From assembly GCF_044647545.1 (NCBI RefSeq), contig NZ_CP172818.1: 64,000 nt of DNA; one strand, given 5' to 3'. Position numbers and translations under genes: made by a program. The DNA comes from Escherichia coli (lineage in GTDB: Bacteria; Pseudomonadota; Gammaproteobacteria; Enterobacterales; Enterobacteriaceae). Positions 51,790 through 63,129 of the stretch are shown here, one piece after another; position 1 is the first letter of the stretch; each line of letters starts with the position of its first letter. The notes beneath the pieces were generated by a model. That model was not told the origin of the DNA. It did not search any database and saw only the letters and a program-made list of their open reading frames with translations.

Positions 51790-51959
51790 TGGCTACACCG
51801 CTTATTCGTGTCATGAACGGACACATCTACAGAGTACCAGATCGTCGTAAGCGTAAACCGGAGCTGAAGCCTTCCGAAATACCAACACTGCTCGGATATA
51901 CCGCCAGCCTGGTTGATAAAAAATGGTTGCGACTGGCAGCAAGGAGGAATCATGGCTGA
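51789..51959 (+). CDS. ninE: NinE-like protein
   Basis: 56 aa [21 protein letters not shown]..., start overlaps ybcN stop. Confidence 0.7.
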   Translation: MATPLIRVMNGHIYRVPDRRKRKPELKPSEIPTLLGYTASLVDKKWLRLAARRNHG

Positions 51960-52242
51960 TTTGAGAAAAGCAGCGCGTAGTCGGGAATGCCAGGTAAGAA
52001 TCCCTGGCGTATGTAATGGCAACCCTGAAACGTCTGTACTGGCACATATCCGGCTGACTGGATTGTGCGGCACCGGTACCAAACCGCCAGACCTGATTGC
52101 CACCATTGCATGTTCTGCCTGCCACGACGAAATCGACCGCCGCACACATTTTGTCGATGCTGCATATGCAAAAGAATGCGCGCTGGAAGGTATGGCGAGA
52201 ACACAGGTTATCTGGCTGAAAGAGGGGGTTATTAAGGCGTGA
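51952..52242 (+). CDS. ybcO: Prophage protein YbcO
   Basis: 96 aa Cys-rich ORF overlapping ninE end. Confidence 0.75.
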   Translation: MADLRKAARSRECQVRIPGVCNGNPETSVLAHIRLTGLCGTGTKPPDLIATIACSACHDEIDRRTHFVDAAYAKECALEGMARTQVIWLKEGVIKA

Positions 52243-52601
52243 ATACCTACAGCATCACATTACCCTGGCCTCCGAGCAATAATCGCTATTACCGCCATAA
52301 TCGCGGGCGCACGCACGTCAGCGCAGAGGGGCAGGCATACCGCGATAACGTCGCCCGAATCATTAAAAACGCAATGCTGGATATCGGCCTGGCTATGCCT
52401 GTGAAAATCCGCATTGAGTGCCACATGCCGGATCGCCGTCGCCGTGACCTGGATAATCTGCAAAAAGCCGCTTTTGACGCACTCACTAAAGCAGGTTTCT
52501 GGCTGGATGATGCTCAGGTCGTTGATTACCGCGTTGTGAAGATGCCTGTTACCAAAGGTGGGAGGCTGGAACTGACCATCACCGAAATGGGGAATGAATG
52601 A
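52239..52601 (+). CDS. rusA: Holliday junction resolvase RusA
   Basis: 120 aa ORF with RusA catalytic Asp cluster. Confidence 0.9.
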   Translation: MNTYSITLPWPPSNNRYYRHNRGRTHVSAEGQAYRDNVARIIKNAMLDIGLAMPVKIRIECHMPDRRRRDLDNLQKAAFDALTKAGFWLDDAQVVDYRVVKMPVTKGGRLELTITEMGNE

Positions 52602-52738
52602 TGTTTGAGTTTTATATGGCAGAACGTCTTCGCCACCGCTGGGGGCGTCTGCGCTTATATCGTTTCCCCGGTTCTGTTTTGACCGATTACCGAATACTGA
52701 AGAATTACGCCAAAACCCTGACAGGAGCAGGAGTATGA
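52598..52738 (+). CDS. ylcG: Small prophage protein YlcG
   Basis: 46 aa ORF with start overlapping rusA stop. Confidence 0.55.
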   Translation: MMFEFYMAERLRHRWGRLRLYRFPGSVLTDYRILKNYAKTLTGAGV

Positions 52739-52823
52739 AGTCAGAGATAACAATCAACTAATACTGTTTCGTTGATTTTTGCTTGTAATTGGCGTTCTGG
52801 TCTGATTTTTGTGGAGTAAGTTG

Positions 52824-53207
52824 ATGCGTGATATTCAGATGGTTCTTGAGCGTTGGGGAGCGTGGGCGGCTAATAATCATGAAGATGTGACCTGGTCGTC
52901 CATTGCCGCCGGTTTTAAGGGATTAATTACTTCAAAAGTAAAATCTCGCCCACAATGTTGTGACGATGACGCGATGATCATTTGCGGGTGCATGGCCCGT
53001 CTGAAAAAGAACAACAGCGATTTGCATGATTTATTGGTGGACTATTATGTCGGCGGCATGACTTTTATGGCGCTTGCACGTAAGCATGGGCGATCTGATT
53101 GTTGGGTTGGCAGGATGCTTCAGAAAGCTGAGGGCGTAGTGGAGGGTATGCTGATGGTGTTGGATCTCCGATTGGAGATGGATGTCGTTGTTAATAACTC
53201 TAATTAA
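52824..53207 (+). CDS. quuD: Lambda Q-like late antiterminator
   Basis: 127 aa from [14 protein letters not shown] with Cys-rich zinc motif. Confidence 0.85.
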   Translation: MRDIQMVLERWGAWAANNHEDVTWSSIAAGFKGLITSKVKSRPQCCDDDAMIICGCMARLKKNNSDLHDLLVDYYVGGMTFMALARKHGRSDCWVGRMLQKAEGVVEGMLMVLDLRLEMDVVVNNSN

Positions 53208-53458
53208 TATGCCAATTGTTTACTAAAAATTATTAAAAATGGGGCGTTGAGACGCCCCCAAAAATAAAGGGTAATATATAACAGAAGGTTTATATAGTTA
53301 GAAGCAAGGTTGTGCTTCTAAAGGAAGTGGCTTGAGGGAGCCACTTATATGTTGGGGAGGCAACGCCTCCCGCAACATATCTTTTTCGTAATCAGATTAG
53401 AACTGGTAAACCAGACCTACAGCAACGATGTCATCAGTGCTTACACCGAGTGCTTTAG

Positions 53459-54653
<1,195 letters not shown>

Positions 54654-56110
54654 TTAGTGAAGTCATTTTTGTCAAGCAGGTTGATTTTGTAATCAACGAA
54701 AGTAGACATATTTTTGTTGAAGTAATAGGTTGCACCTACATCAACATATTTGACTAAGTCCTGATCGCCCCATACTCCAAGATCCTTACCTTTAGATTGC
54801 AGGTAAGCAACGGACGGACGCAGACCGAAATCGAACTGATATTGTGCAACAGCTTCGAAGTTTTGGGCTTTATTAGCAACGAAGTGATCAGCAAATACAG
54901 TCATATTCTGGGTTTCAGAATAGGTAGTGGCCAGGTAAATGTTGTTAGCGTCATATTTCAGACCTGCGGCCCAAACTTCTGCATTTTTACCGGAAGCAAA
55001 TACTTCAGGAAGAACTTTCCCTGCATTAACTTGAGTGTCGGTACGATCAGATTTCGCATAAGTTGCACCGATACCGAATCCTTCGTATTCATAGGTAGCA
55101 GAGAAACCGAAGCCATCACCGTTACCTTCAGTGTAGTTATCGAAATCGCTACGATCGTTTTTGCCTTGGTACTGAATCGCAAAATCAAGACCATCAACCA
55201 GGCCAAGAAATCATAGTTACGGTAGGTTGCAACACCGTTGGTACGACCATTCATGAAGTTGTCAGCGGAAGCCCAGGAATCGCCACCCCATTCAACTAAC
55301 ATATCGGTATAAGCTGCGGCATCATAAGCAACACCGTAGTTACGGCCATAGTCAAATGACCACTCGTTATATTTCAAACCGGCGAAGGTTAAACGGGTTT
55401 TTTCCTGGTTTTCACCTTCGGGCTTGCTGGCGTCGAGGTTGTATTCAAACTGACCAAAACCAGTCAGTTCGCTGGTGATTTGGGTTTCACCTTTGAAGCC
55501 AAGACGGGCATAAGTAGTATCACCATCATCTGCATCATTAGAGGAGAAGTAGTGCTTAGCATTAACTTTCCCGTACAGATCCAGCTTGTTACTGTCTTTA
55601 TTATAAATTTCAGCTGCCTGAGCAGACATCGCCATTAGTACTGATGCAGCTACAGCAGAAATTGCCACTGTTAATTTTTTCATCGTGAGCCCTTTTTTTG
55701 AACTATTATTAAAAAATGATGTCACTGCGCGATAAATATTCATCTAATCAATGTGATTATTTCAAGATGTAAGTTTTGGTTTCTCGTTTGATTTGTGAAG
55801 TAGATCTCTATTTTTATCTGAACTTTTTTCTATCGAATCCTATTCATGGCTCTTGGCTGAATAAAAATAAATCTATTAGCCAATTTATATTAACGGCTGT
55901 TATTTATAAGTGCTCTATAATTTGAAGGTTCAATTTAAACCGGCTAAAAATAACACTGGAAATTATTTTTTGGTTATTTGTTGAGATTTGCTTATGTATT
56001 TGTAGTGGTGTTTTCAATACTCGGTAGCATTCTCTCAAATATCATTTAGTGGTTTACGTACGTAAAAAATTGGTTATGCTGTTAAGAGTGGTTACTTCGT
56101 CACACAGCTT

Positions 56111-56140
56111 AAACCCGCCGTCGAGCGGGTTTTTCCATTT
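56111..56140 (+). terminator. tR-prime-like terminator upstream of holin gene
   Basis: AAACCCGC-CGTCGA-GCGGGTTT followed by T run. Confidence 0.5.
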
Positions 56141-56258
56141 TTTGAGTCTCGATATTAGCTGATAACCCAATACCTGAGTTATTCACTGACTCCGAGTCTG
56201 TTACGTTTCGTAGTATTCCCTCAATTTACACCCATCCGTTATTTGCGGAGGTGAGGCT

Positions 56259-56474
56259 ATGAAATCCATGGATAAGTTAACAACGGGCATTGCCTACGGC
56301 ACCTCCGCAGGCAGTGCTGGCTACTGGTTTTTACAGCTGCTCGATAAAGTCACGCCCTCACAGTGGGCAGCAATAGGTGTGCTGGGTAGCTTGGTATTTG
56401 GCCTGCTGACGTACCTGACAAACCTTTATTTCAAGATTAAAGAAGATAAGCGCAAGGCTGCGAGAGGTGAATAA
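56259..56474 (+). CDS. essD: Class I holin (lambda S-like)
   Basis: 71 aa small TM protein heading the lysis cassette. Confidence 0.9.
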   Translation: MKSMDKLTTGIAYGTSAGSAGYWFLQLLDKVTPSQWAAIGVLGSLVFGLLTYLTNLYFKIKEDKRKAARGE

Positions 56475-56971
56475 TGCCTCCATCATTACGAAAAGCCGTT
56501 GCTGCTGCTATTGGTGGCGGAGCAATTGCTATAGCATCAGTGTTAATCACTGGCCCAAGTGGTAACGATGGTCTGGAAGGTGTCAGCTACATACCATACA
56601 AAGATATCGTTGGCGTATGGACTGTATGTCACGGGCATACAGGAAAAGACATCATTCCCGGTAAAACGTATACCGAAGCAGAATGCAAAGCCCTCCTGAA
56701 TAAAGACCTTGCCACGGTAGCCAGACAAATTAACCCGTACATCAAAGTCGATATACCGGAAACAACGCGCGGCGCTCTTTACTCGTTCGTCTATAACGTG
56801 GGCGCAGGCAATTTCAGAACATCTACTCTTCTTCGCAAAATAAACCAGGGCGATATCAAGGGCGCATGTGACCAGCTACGTCGCTGGGCATACGCTGGCG
56901 GTAAGCAATGGAAAGGCCTGATGACTCGTCGTGAGATTGAGCGTGAGGTCTGTTTGTGGGGGCAACAATGA
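56474..56971 (+). CDS. rrrD: Phage lysozyme (T4 e-like endolysin)
   Basis: 165 aa ORF with glycoside hydrolase 24 catalytic E...D...T region. Confidence 0.9.
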   Translation: MPPSLRKAVAAAIGGGAIAIASVLITGPSGNDGLEGVSYIPYKDIVGVWTVCHGHTGKDIIPGKTYTEAECKALLNKDLATVARQINPYIKVDIPETTRGALYSFVYNVGAGNFRTSTLLRKINQGDIKGACDQLRRWAYAGGKQWKGLMTRREIEREVCLWGQQ

Positions 56972-57342
56972 GCAGAGTCACCGCGATTATCTCCGCTCTG
57001 GTTATCTGCATCATCGTCTGCCTGTCATGGGCTGTTAATCATTACCGTGATAACGCCATCGCCTACAAAGAACAGCGCGATAAAAAAGTCAGTGAGCTGA
57101 AGCAGGCGACCGCCACCATTACTGACATGCAGCAGCGCCAGCGTGATGCTGATGCACTCGATGCTAAATACACGAAGGAGTTAGCTGATGCGAAAGCTGA
57201 AAATGATGCTCTTCGGCGCAAGCTTGATAATGGTGGTCGGGTGCTCGTCAAAGGAAAATGCCCTGTGCCATCCTCAGCCGAAACCTCCAGCGCCTCCGGC
57301 ATGGGCAATGATGCCACCGTCGAACTCAAAGACCGAGAATAA
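56968..57342 (+). CDS. rzpD: Rz-like spanin (i-spanin), apparently truncated by frameshift
   Basis: [32 protein letters not shown]-terminus as in lambda Rz; frame stops after 124 codons. Confidence 0.7.
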   Translation: MSRVTAIISALVICIIVCLSWAVNHYRDNAIAYKEQRDKKVSELKQATATITDMQQRQRDADALDAKYTKELADAKAENDALRRKLDNGGRVLVKGKCPVPSSAETSSASGMGNDATVELKDRE

Positions 57343-57445
57343 AAACTATCCAGTTAGCGACGAATATCTGGACCCAATTATCGCGACCAAAACAGCACTG
57401 AGAACGCTTCAGGAATTCATCAGGACGCAATGTCCTTCGAGATAG
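57188..57445 (+). CDS. rzoD: Rz1-like o-spanin lipoprotein frame with abnormal 3-prime extension past the Rz stop
   Basis: Embedded +1 frame with lipobox MVVGC and Pro-rich segment; tail resembles Rz C-terminus. Confidence 0.5.
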   Translation: MRKLKMMLFGASLIMVVGCSSKENALCHPQPKPPAPPAWAMMPPSNSKTENKNYPVSDEYLDPIIATKTALRTLQEFIRTQCPSR

Positions 57446-57601
57446 CGATTATTTTACTCATCATTCCCTTCACATCTGGCTCTGTAGACAGTTCACTTCT
57501 GAAATCCAATAAACATCTCATTCTGATGCTTGATATTGAGCATTTTGCGCGCGGTAAGGGGCTGCGTTGAGATAAGAACCAGTAAAAATAAACCAGGATT
57601 T

Positions 57602-57663
57602 AGCCTCGCATTCGCGGGGCTTTTTATTGCCATTACAAAAGCCACTTCCTACAGAGTGGCTTT
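57602..57663. terminator. Back-to-back hairpins (bidirectional terminator) after lysis cassette
   Basis: GCCTCGC..GCGGGGCTTTTT and AAAAGCCACT-8 nt-AGTGGCTTT. Confidence 0.45.
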
Positions 57664-57919
57664 GATAATGGTTTATACCCTACACGGGATAACTTAACTG
57701 ATATCCCTTTTAAAGGATAAAGGTATTCAAGCCTGACACATCATGCGCTGTATCGTCGCCGTATTCCCGTATTAACAGAGACCGTAGCCCGACGGGGAAC
57801 TCCTTCTGCGCGAGTGTGCGGGAATAATCAAAAACGATGCACACCGGGGTTACCGGGTACACATATTTCATCATGCCAGCGAGTCCGGTTCTGGCACGGA
57901 AGAAACCGGACGTTATGAT

Positions 57920-58330
57920 TTAGTGCGGAAATATTTGTGTAGTGTTCTGAATGTTCTCAGTAAAGAGTAATGAATTATCAAAGGTATAGTAATACCTTTT
58001 GTTTTCGTGGATATTTGTAATCCATCTGAAAACCCCTGCTGTAGCAAGATTTTTCCTGTATTCGTAAAATGATAACTCTCCTGATTTGAATCCTTTTAAG
58101 GTGGCTTCTATAAGGCATTTATTTTTTGAAAATCTTACATTTACAACCTTACCCTGTCCTTTTATTAAAACCGTATTATCGTTTTCAAGAACAAGATGAA
58201 TATTCTCTGTAGCTAAATAGTAAATGTAATGTGAGACATTGTGACGTTTTAGTTCAGAATAAAACCAGTGATAGTTTAAATTATTTCGCACTTTATCGAA
58301 TATTTGTTTAAAAATGGCAACCTGAGCCAT
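57920..58330 (-). CDS. ybcV: DUF1398-family prophage protein
   Basis: [21 protein letters not shown]... Confidence 0.75.
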   Translation of the reverse strand: MAQVAIFKQIFDKVRNNLNYHWFYSELKRHNVSHYIYYLATENIHLVLENDNTVLIKGQGKVVNVRFSKNKCLIEATLKGFKSGELSFYEYRKNLATAGVFRWITNIHENKRYYYTFDNSLLFTENIQNTTQIFPH

Positions 58331-58662
58331 TGTGGTACCTTCCATGTGATATGAGGGGCGTAGTCTGCACGATTATCTAAATTGCTTCAATCTGGTCTGA
58401 TTTTTGAGAATTTAAATAAGCAGATTAGAAGGGAAACGCTGAAATTCATGTTGTTTTCAATAAACAAAGAATGGACGAAAAATCATAAAGACAATACTGC
58501 CAGGACAGGTTAAAAACTATCTTAATACACATTCGATGGTTAGATGTTTAATCATGTATAGAACATCATACCTAAAATACTAAAAGCAAAAGAAACGAAG
58601 GAATCCTCTATAATTAATCTATCAAAGAAGAGAATACGTATCTGACTAAGAGACTAATCAAC

Positions 58663-58896
58663 TCAGCAATCCTCGTATTTAGGGAATACAATACGTCCAG
58701 TGTCACTCTTTTCTTTGTTTGCTTCAGGAGAAACTCTTTTTTCTGAGCACAGTCTCCGGCGGCAGGCTTCAATGACCCAGGCTGAGAAATTCCCGGACCC
58801 TTTTTGATCAAGAGCGATGTTAATTTGTTCAATCATTTGGTTAGGAAAGCGGATGTTGCGGATTGTTGTTCTGCGGGTTCTGTTCTTCGTTGACAT
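58663..58896 (-). CDS. ylcI: DUF3950-family small protein
   Basis: ORF MSTKNRTRRTTIRNIRFPNQMIEQINIALDQKGSGNFSAWVIEACRRR. Confidence 0.65.
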   Translation of the reverse strand: MSTKNRTRRTTIRNIRFPNQMIEQINIALDQKGSGNFSAWVIEACRRRLCSEKRVSPEANKEKSDTGRIVFPKYEDC

Positions 58897-59079
58897 GAGG
58901 TTGTCCCGTATTTAGTGTCGCTGATTTGTATTGTCTGAAGTTGTTTTTACGTTAAGTTGATGCAGATCAATTAATATGATACCTGCGTCATAATTGATTA
59001 TTTGACGTGGTTTGATGGCGTAGATGCACGTTGTGACATGCAGATGATAATTATTATCATTTTGCGGGTCCTTTCCGGC

Positions 59080-59284
59080 GATCCGACAGGTTACGGGGCG
59101 GCGACCTCGCGGGTTTTCGCTATTTATGAAAAATTTCCGGTTTAAGGCGTTTCCGTTCTTCTTCGTCATAACTTAATGTTTTTATTTAAAATACCCTCTG
59201 AAAAGAAAGGAAACGACAGGTGCTGAAAGCGAGCTTTTTGGCCTCTGTCGTTTCCTTTCTCTGTTTTTGTCCGTGGAATGAACA
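59080..59284 (+). other. Lambda-type cos region: cosN (GGGCGGCGACCT at 59096-59107) and cosB upstream of Nu1
   Basis: Sequence matches remembered lambda left-end and right-end junction ...CGACAGGTTACG|GGGCGGCGACCTCGCGGGTTTTCGCTATTTATGAAAA. Confidence 0.8.
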
Positions 59285-59830
59285 ATGGAAGTCAACAAAA
59301 AGCAGCTGGCTGACATTTTCGGTGCGAGTATCCGTACCATTCAGAACTGGCAGGAACAGGGAATGCCCGTTCTGCGAGGCGGTGGCAAGGGTAATGAGGT
59401 GCTTTATGACTCTGCCGCCGTCATAAAATGGTATGCCGAAAGGGATGCTGAAATTGAGAACGAAAAGCTGCGCCGGGAGGTTGAAGAACTGCGGCAGGCC
59501 AGCGAGGCAGATCTCCAGCCAGGAACTATTGAGTACGAACGCCATCGACTTACGCGTGCGCAGGCCGACGCACAGGAACTGAAGAATGCCAGAGACTCCG
59601 CTGAAGTGGTGGAAACCGCATTCTGTACTTTCGTGTTGTCGCGGATCGCAGGTGAAATTGCCAGTATTCTCGACGGGCTCCCCCTGTCGGTGCAGCGGCG
59701 TTTTCCGGAACTGGAAAACCGACATGTTGATTTCCTGAAACGGGATATTATCAAAGCCATGAACAAAGCAGCCGCGCTGGATGAACTGATACCGGGGTTG
59801 CTGAGTGAATATATCGAACAGTCAGGTTAA
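59285..59830 (+). CDS. nohD: Terminase small subunit (Nu1 homolog)
   Basis: 181 aa [39 protein letters not shown], matching remembered lambda Nu1. Confidence 0.9.
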   Translation: MEVNKKQLADIFGASIRTIQNWQEQGMPVLRGGGKGNEVLYDSAAVIKWYAERDAEIENEKLRREVEELRQASEADLQPGTIEYERHRLTRAQADAQELKNARDSAEVVETAFCTFVLSRIAGEIASILDGLPLSVQRRFPELENRHVDFLKRDIIKAMNKAAALDELIPGLLSEYIEQSG

Positions 59831-60548
59831 CAGGCTGCGGCATTTTGTCCGCGCCGGGCTTCGCTCACTGTTCAGGCCGGAGCCACAGACCGCCGTTGAA
59901 TGGGCGGATGCTAATTACTATCTCCCGAAAGAATCCGCATACCAGGAAGGGCGCTGGGAAACACTGCCCTTTCAGCGGGCCATCATGAATGCGATGGGCA
60001 GCGACTACATCCGTGAGGTGAATGTGGTGAAGTCTGCCCGTGTCGGTTATTCCAAAATGCTGCTGGGTGTTTATGCCTACTTTATAGAGCATAAGCAGCG
60101 CAACACCCTTATTCCAGCTGGCTTCGTGGCTGTTTTCAACAGTGATGAGTCATCGTGGCATCTCGTTGAAGATCATCGGGGTAAAACGGTTTATGACGTA
60201 GCGTCAGGGGACGCGTTATTTATTTCTGAACTCGGTCCGTTACCGGAAAATGTTACCTGGTTATCGCCGGAAGGGGAGTTTCAGAAGTGGAACGGTACAG
60301 CCTGGGTGAAAGATGCAGAAGCAGAAAAACTGTTCCGGATTCGGGAGGCGGAAGAAACAAAAAACAGCCTGATGCAGGTAGCCAGTGAGCATATTGCGCC
60401 ACTTCAGGATGCTGTAGATCTGGAAATCGCAACGGAGGAAGAAACCTCATTGCTGGAAGCCTGGAAAAAATATCGGGTGTTGCTGAACCGTGTTGATACA
60501 TCAACTGCACCTGATATTGAGTGGCCTACGAACCCTGTCAGGGAGTAA
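59805..60548 (+). pseudogene. aaaD: Fusion of terminase large subunit N-terminus (lambda A) to tail fiber assembly C-terminus
   Basis: [19 protein letters not shown]... (A N-term) switches near 60110 to Tfa-like sequence ending [17 protein letters not shown]... Confidence 0.75.
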
Positions 60549-60602
60549 TCATTGGGATTATGCCGCAGCACGTCTTAAGCAAGAACATGCTGCGGTTGGA
60601 TG

Positions 60603-61187
60603 CTATTTTTTTCCTGAAGCGGAAAACATTACTACAGTACCTTGAACCTTGGTTTTAACATTCTCGAAATGCTCTGAGAGTATATGTGTTAAGCCTTCTT
60701 CGGAATCTTTTGTGTTTGAAAAGATGCCTTTCTGATTGTAAATGCGCATCAGTTTTTGACCGAAGCTATTGTGCACAACTCCATCGCCAAGAATTGTGGC
60801 TCCGTATAGAGTTCCATCGTCAGTTAAGGCCTGCGCCGCATTGCGTATTACACAGCTTTTTGTAGATATATTTCCAGGCAGGCAGTGAAGAAGGTAAGAC
60901 ATGGAAATGGAATCAAATTGACCATGTAACGCCGCGGGATAAGGTTCAAAAACATCATGGCTAATTTTATGTTTAATTTTTGATTCCCCAGCCCTTGTAG
61001 ATGCCGCGTTCAGGCTAGCTTCGTTCAAATCCATTAAAGATATCAGACTACTCTCAGGTACGTGAGTAAGGTAAAACCCAGTTCCAACACCAATATCCAG
61101 ATGGTTGTTACCTAAATGTTCCAGAAAGTGTGGAAGAAGGTGTTCCTTTGTAGGACATCCCCATGCAAGCCGATTTGATACTCCCAA
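60603..61187 (-). CDS. ybcY: SAM-dependent methyltransferase-like protein (possibly truncated)
   Basis: ORF with methyltransferase motif LDIGVGTGF. Confidence 0.7.
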   Translation of the reverse strand: MGVSNRLAWGCPTKEHLLPHFLEHLGNNHLDIGVGTGFYLTHVPESSLISLMDLNEASLNAASTRAGESKIKHKISHDVFEPYPAALHGQFDSISMSYLLHCLPGNISTKSCVIRNAAQALTDDGTLYGATILGDGVVHNSFGQKLMRIYNQKGIFSNTKDSEEGLTHILSEHFENVKTKVQGTVVMFSASGKK

Positions 61188-61325
61188 AACCCACCAGTCA
61201 TAAAGCTTTAGGGTAAGTGGTGTGTAAATTCTAGCCCCATCATCTGTGTTTTTTTATTAATTTCACCATGTTATAGTTTTATTTGTGAATTAAATCAATT
61301 ATGGCAATGAATTACAAGGGGTTAA

Positions 61326-61586
61326 ATGCTGCCGCAGCATAGCGATATTGAAATAGCCTGGTATGCTTCAATACAGCAGGAGCCGAATGGCTGGAAGACC
61401 GTCACCACACAGTTCTACATCCAGGAATTCAGTGAGTATATTGCGCCACTGCAGGATGCTGTAGATCTGGAAATCGCAACGGAGGAAGAAAACTCGTTGC
61501 TGGAAGCCTGGAAAAAGTATCGGGTGCTGCTAAACCGTGTGGACACTTCCGTAGCACCAGATATCGAGTGGCTTATTCAACCATAA
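61326..61586 (+). pseudogene. tfaX: Tail fiber assembly protein C-terminal fragment
   Basis: 86-codon ORF whose C-terminal ~50 residues repeat the aaaD tail. Confidence 0.7.
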
Positions 61587-62131
61587 TAAACAGTATGTAT
61601 ATCATAGGTTATTAATTGTGAGTTTTTTCGGTGTGTTATTTGTTTGTTTGATGTTATGCTTTTGCGCCCCAAAAGGTTGTTTAGATGTATTTTATCAATT
61701 GATTTTCAATGTCGTTTAATAAAGAAAAATTAAGCAAGCTGGATGTTGGTTTTTTGTTAATTGAATGGTTCTAATAATGTTTTTTTACTGTTGTTGAATG
61801 TGACTTGATAAGAAATGCAAGTAAAAATGATACTCTTTTTATTTTAAATTCAAACGGTTGACATATATATAGCAAGAGGTTTCAGGTGCGTTGTAGTGAG
61901 TTTATGTTAATAAAAAGTATAGTAAGCGTTGAAAAATGTAACTTTGAAATACGTTAGAATAAAAAACAATATACATATAATAATTTAATCTTAAATGAAA
62001 TTTATTAAAATTTGCAAACTATAATTTTGTGTATAAAAATATAAATGCACATCATCCTGATTATGATTGTGTATTTAATTGGTTGTTATTTGACTGCTAT
62101 CAACTTGTTTTAATTTTATGATAGGTGCAAG

Positions 62132-62881
62132 ATGGATTATGTTTGCTCCGTAGTTTTCATCTGTCAATCATTTGATTTAATTATAAACAGGAGAGTTATC
62201 TCGTTCAAAAAAAATTCATTGTTTATTGTAAGCGACAAAATTAGAAGGGAGTTACCAGTATGCCCCTCTAAACTAAGAATTGTTGATATAGATAAGAAAA
62301 CATGTTTATCCTTTTTTATCGACGTGAATAATGAGCTGCCTGGCAAATTTACTCTTGATAAGAATGGCTATATTGCTGAAGAGGAACCTCCATTATCGCT
62401 TGTTTTTTCTCTGTTTGAAGGGATTAAAATAGCAGACTCACACTCCCTTTGGTTAAAAGAAAGACTATGTATATCCTTACTTGCCATGTTCAAAAAACGC
62501 GAAAGTGTAAATTCATTTATACTAACAAATATAAATACATTTACCTGTAAAATTACTGGAATAATCAGTTTTAATATTGAGCGGCAATGGCATTTAAAAG
62601 ATATTGCGGAATTGATTTATACGAGTGAAAGTTTAATAAAAAAAAGATTAAGGGATGAAGGAACGTCATTTACTGAAATATTGAGAGATACTAGGATGAG
62701 GTATGCAAAAAAACTCATAACTTCAAACTCTTATTCTATCAATGTCGTAGCCCAGAAATGTGGCTATAACAGTACTTCATATTTCATATGTGCATTTAAA
62801 GATTATTATGGTGTCACGCCATCTCATTATTTTGAGAAAATAATCGGCGTCACAGATGGAATAAACAAAACAATTGACTGA
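62132..62881 (+). CDS. appY: AraC-family regulator AppY
   Basis: 249 aa ORF with C-terminal AraC HTH, AT-rich codon usage. Confidence 0.9.
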
Positions 62882-63129
62882 TAATGTTTATTACAAGTTG
62901 CCTACATGTTAATTATAATATTATACAGCGTTTTTTTGATGTGATATTCTGGAACCATTAATTTGTAATTGGGTTGCTGTCGCCTATTTTATACATGCTA
63001 TAATTGATGGTTTTCTATGTGATTTAGTTAATAACCTTCTGGGTTTATTTTAAGGGTTAATTGTTACATTGAAATGGCTAGTTATTCCCCGGGGCGATTG
63101 TCACCTCGGGGAAATTTTAGTTGGCGTTC

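Noticed and set aside
58912-59169. 85-codon minus-strand ORF across the lambda right-end/cos region
   Set aside because: Overlaps cosN and cosB; no known gene here in lambda; likely spurious.
61588-62131. 544-bp AT-rich gap between tfaX and appY examined for hidden genes
   Set aside because: No ORF of 60 codons or more and no repeats; consistent with the appY promoter region.
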